Shown here in pieces: positions 61,130 through 64,000 of a stretch of 64,000 nt of DNA. The notes beneath the pieces are model-generated. The model saw only the letters and a list, made by a program, of their open reading frames with translations. It did not search any database and was not told the origin of the DNA. The position numbers and the translations under genes are program-made. The stretch is taken from positions 96,001 to 160,000 of the forward strand of contig JBQLZK010000005.1 in assembly GCA_052168235.1 (NCBI GenBank). The letters are read 5' to 3'. Source of the stretch: Thainema sp. (GTDB lineage Bacteria; Cyanobacteriota; Cyanobacteriia; Phormidesmidales; Phormidesmidaceae). Position 1 is the stretch's first letter, and each line of letters starts with the position of its first letter.

Positions 61130-62064
61130 TTGACGCGCATGGCCTTGAGCATGTGATAGGTAATCAAGAGCTGGGTTAGTGCCAGTGGATAGCTTTGCAG
61201 AATTTCGCCCGTGGTGCCGACGACTTTACCGATATCGTCATTGCCATCCAAGCTGCAAAACTGGCCCAGATAGGGAACTTCATTGCAGAGCACCTTTTCT
61301 AGCTCCTGCACCTGCTCTTTATTAGCGTGACCATCGACCTGCAACACATCGACGGGTTTACCCATGTCGCGATCGAGTTCGAGTCGAATGGCATCACCTA
61401 AATGACTACCGCTGGCATCTAGAAAATGAGTAAAGTCCGGGTGAGGAATCGTGGGCCGCAAAACCAATCGCACATTGAGCAACAAATCATCTTGTCCTGA
61501 CCCCTCGTCGGGTGGATAGAAGGTCACAACGACGTCAGCCCACTGCCGCTGATGTCGGATATAGGCTTCTGAATCCGATTCTCGCTTGCGGAGTTGTTCC
61601 ATAACTTGTTCGGGTGTGTAGCCCCGCTTACGCGTGTCGCGCTTGATTTTCCAGTTTGCCCGTAAATCTTCGGGTGGAGCAAGGTAAACGCGTACGTCAT
61701 AGGCTTCTCGCATGCCGCGTGTGGAGTAGCCCAGCAGTCCTTCCACGATCACAAACTTGGCTGGTTTGATATATTCGGGCGGATCAAACTCACCTGTACT
61801 GTGGTTATAAATCGGCTTGAGGATGGACTGTCCGGTTCGTAGCAAGCCCAAATGCTGCTGAATAATATCCAAATAGTTACAGTCAGGATGAAGCGCAGAG
61901 ATCCCCATCTCAGCTCGCTGCTTTCGATCGTAGCGATGATAGTCATCCGTGCAGATAATCGTGACGCTGTCTTCGCCGAGAATCTTGGCGATGCCTCGGG
62001 TAAGGGTCGTTTTTCCGGCTGCACTGTCACCAACAATGCCGAGAATGATGGGGCGCTGAGACAT
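61126..62064 (-). CDS. Phosphoribulokinase family protein (non-canonical paralogue)
   Basis: GDSAAGKTT, CTDDYHRYDRKQR, KPIYNHSTG, EGLL, WKIKRDTRKRGY. Confidence 0.85.
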   Translation of the reverse strand: MSQRPIILGIVGDSAAGKTTLTRGIAKILGEDSVTIICTDDYHRYDRKQRAEMGISALHPDCNYLDIIQQHLGLLRTGQSILKPIYNHSTGEFDPPEYIKPAKFVIVEGLLGYSTRGMREAYDVRVYLAPPEDLRANWKIKRDTRKRGYTPEQVMEQLRKRESDSEAYIRHQRQWADVVVTFYPPDEGSGQDDLLLNVRLVLRPTIPHPDFTHFLDASGSHLGDAIRLELDRDMGKPVDVLQVDGHANKEQVQELEKVLCNEVPYLGQFCSLDGNDDIGKVVGTTGEILQSYPLALTQLLITYHMLKAMRVK

Positions 62065-62266
62065 AGGTTAAAACCCAGGTGAGGAAAGGACGAAGGATTG
62101 TAGAGTGACCTCATTATCTCAGGGCAATGCTGAACATGCATCTTTTCGGGAACGAGAAATGCGATCGCGTAATTTTTCGCAATATTTAACAGTTTCACAT
62201 CTGTCCTAAAAACGTGAAGGTCTGCCACCACATCGCGATGACAGACCGTCACAAATTCTGGATTGC

Positions 62267-62500
62267 TTATTCTTTGACTTTGGGCTGGGGCTTTTCAGTA
62301 TCTGCACTACCCACCAAGTACGTCATCTGATAGGGATTATCCACTCGCTGCGAAGCTTTCCGCACTTCCAGTCCAATCACCCGCCCGTCTTCGTCATAAT
62401 CCAGCACGAACCCTGGAGCCATCTGCGTTGTCTCGTATGCCGCGTTGGGCGAAAACGTAATCTGGAGAATGTCTTTGTCGGGGTCGTAGATGATTTTCAT
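62267..62500 (-). CDS. DUF2283 family protein
   Basis: MKIIYDPDKDILQI...VLDYDEDGRVIGLEV..AS. Confidence 0.8.
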   Translation of the reverse strand: MKIIYDPDKDILQITFSPNAAYETTQMAPGFVLDYDEDGRVIGLEVRKASQRVDNPYQMTYLVGSADTEKPQPKVKE

Positions 62501-62602
62501 GACGTGACGGACGAGGCAAGTGAATCTGCTGAATGTTAAGCATATAGTTGAGCGGCGACCATGTGCATGACCGCCGCTCAAATGTCATCGAACCATCACA
62601 CC

Positions 62603-64000
<1,398 letters not shown>

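Overview
This is a cyanobacterial chromosome window. It shows very frequent HIP1 GCGATCGC, psbH/psbN, ndhH, aar-accA and a phycobiliprotein lyase; a filamentous Leptolyngbya-like strain is my guess only. Most of it is housekeeping: aar, accA, SDR, folE, rnc, a Mn exporter with a yybP-ykoY riboswitch, codA, amylase, ndhH, glk, phoH/khpA/rpsP, psbN/psbH/tatA/pth, a HerA-like ATPase, cysC, a DHS-like gene, HtrA, aroA, argB, aroK, a PRK paralogue and aspS. The least explained parts are five. (1) A GH3 acyl-amino-acid ligase plus Asp/Asn-beta-hydroxylase (LpxO/OlsC-like) operon and a divergent ABA4-like gene, bracketed by two near-identical 99-bp TTA-flanked MITEs, with a Yfr1-complementary site on the GH3 ribosome-binding site and a small secreted-peptide gene beside it. 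(2) A ~1.3-kb non-coding stretch between cysC and the DHS-like gene that folds into two apparently divergent multi-helix RNAs. (3) A family of long perfect triloop palindromes with unrelated mid-arms, two of them used as coding sequence. (4) GTAG-type REP elements that supply stop codons. (5) A DUF433/PIN-like toxin-antitoxin pair whose toxin carries one in-frame amber stop. I saw no CRISPR array, rRNA, tRNA or transposase. All family calls come from recognising motifs by eye, not from database searches.
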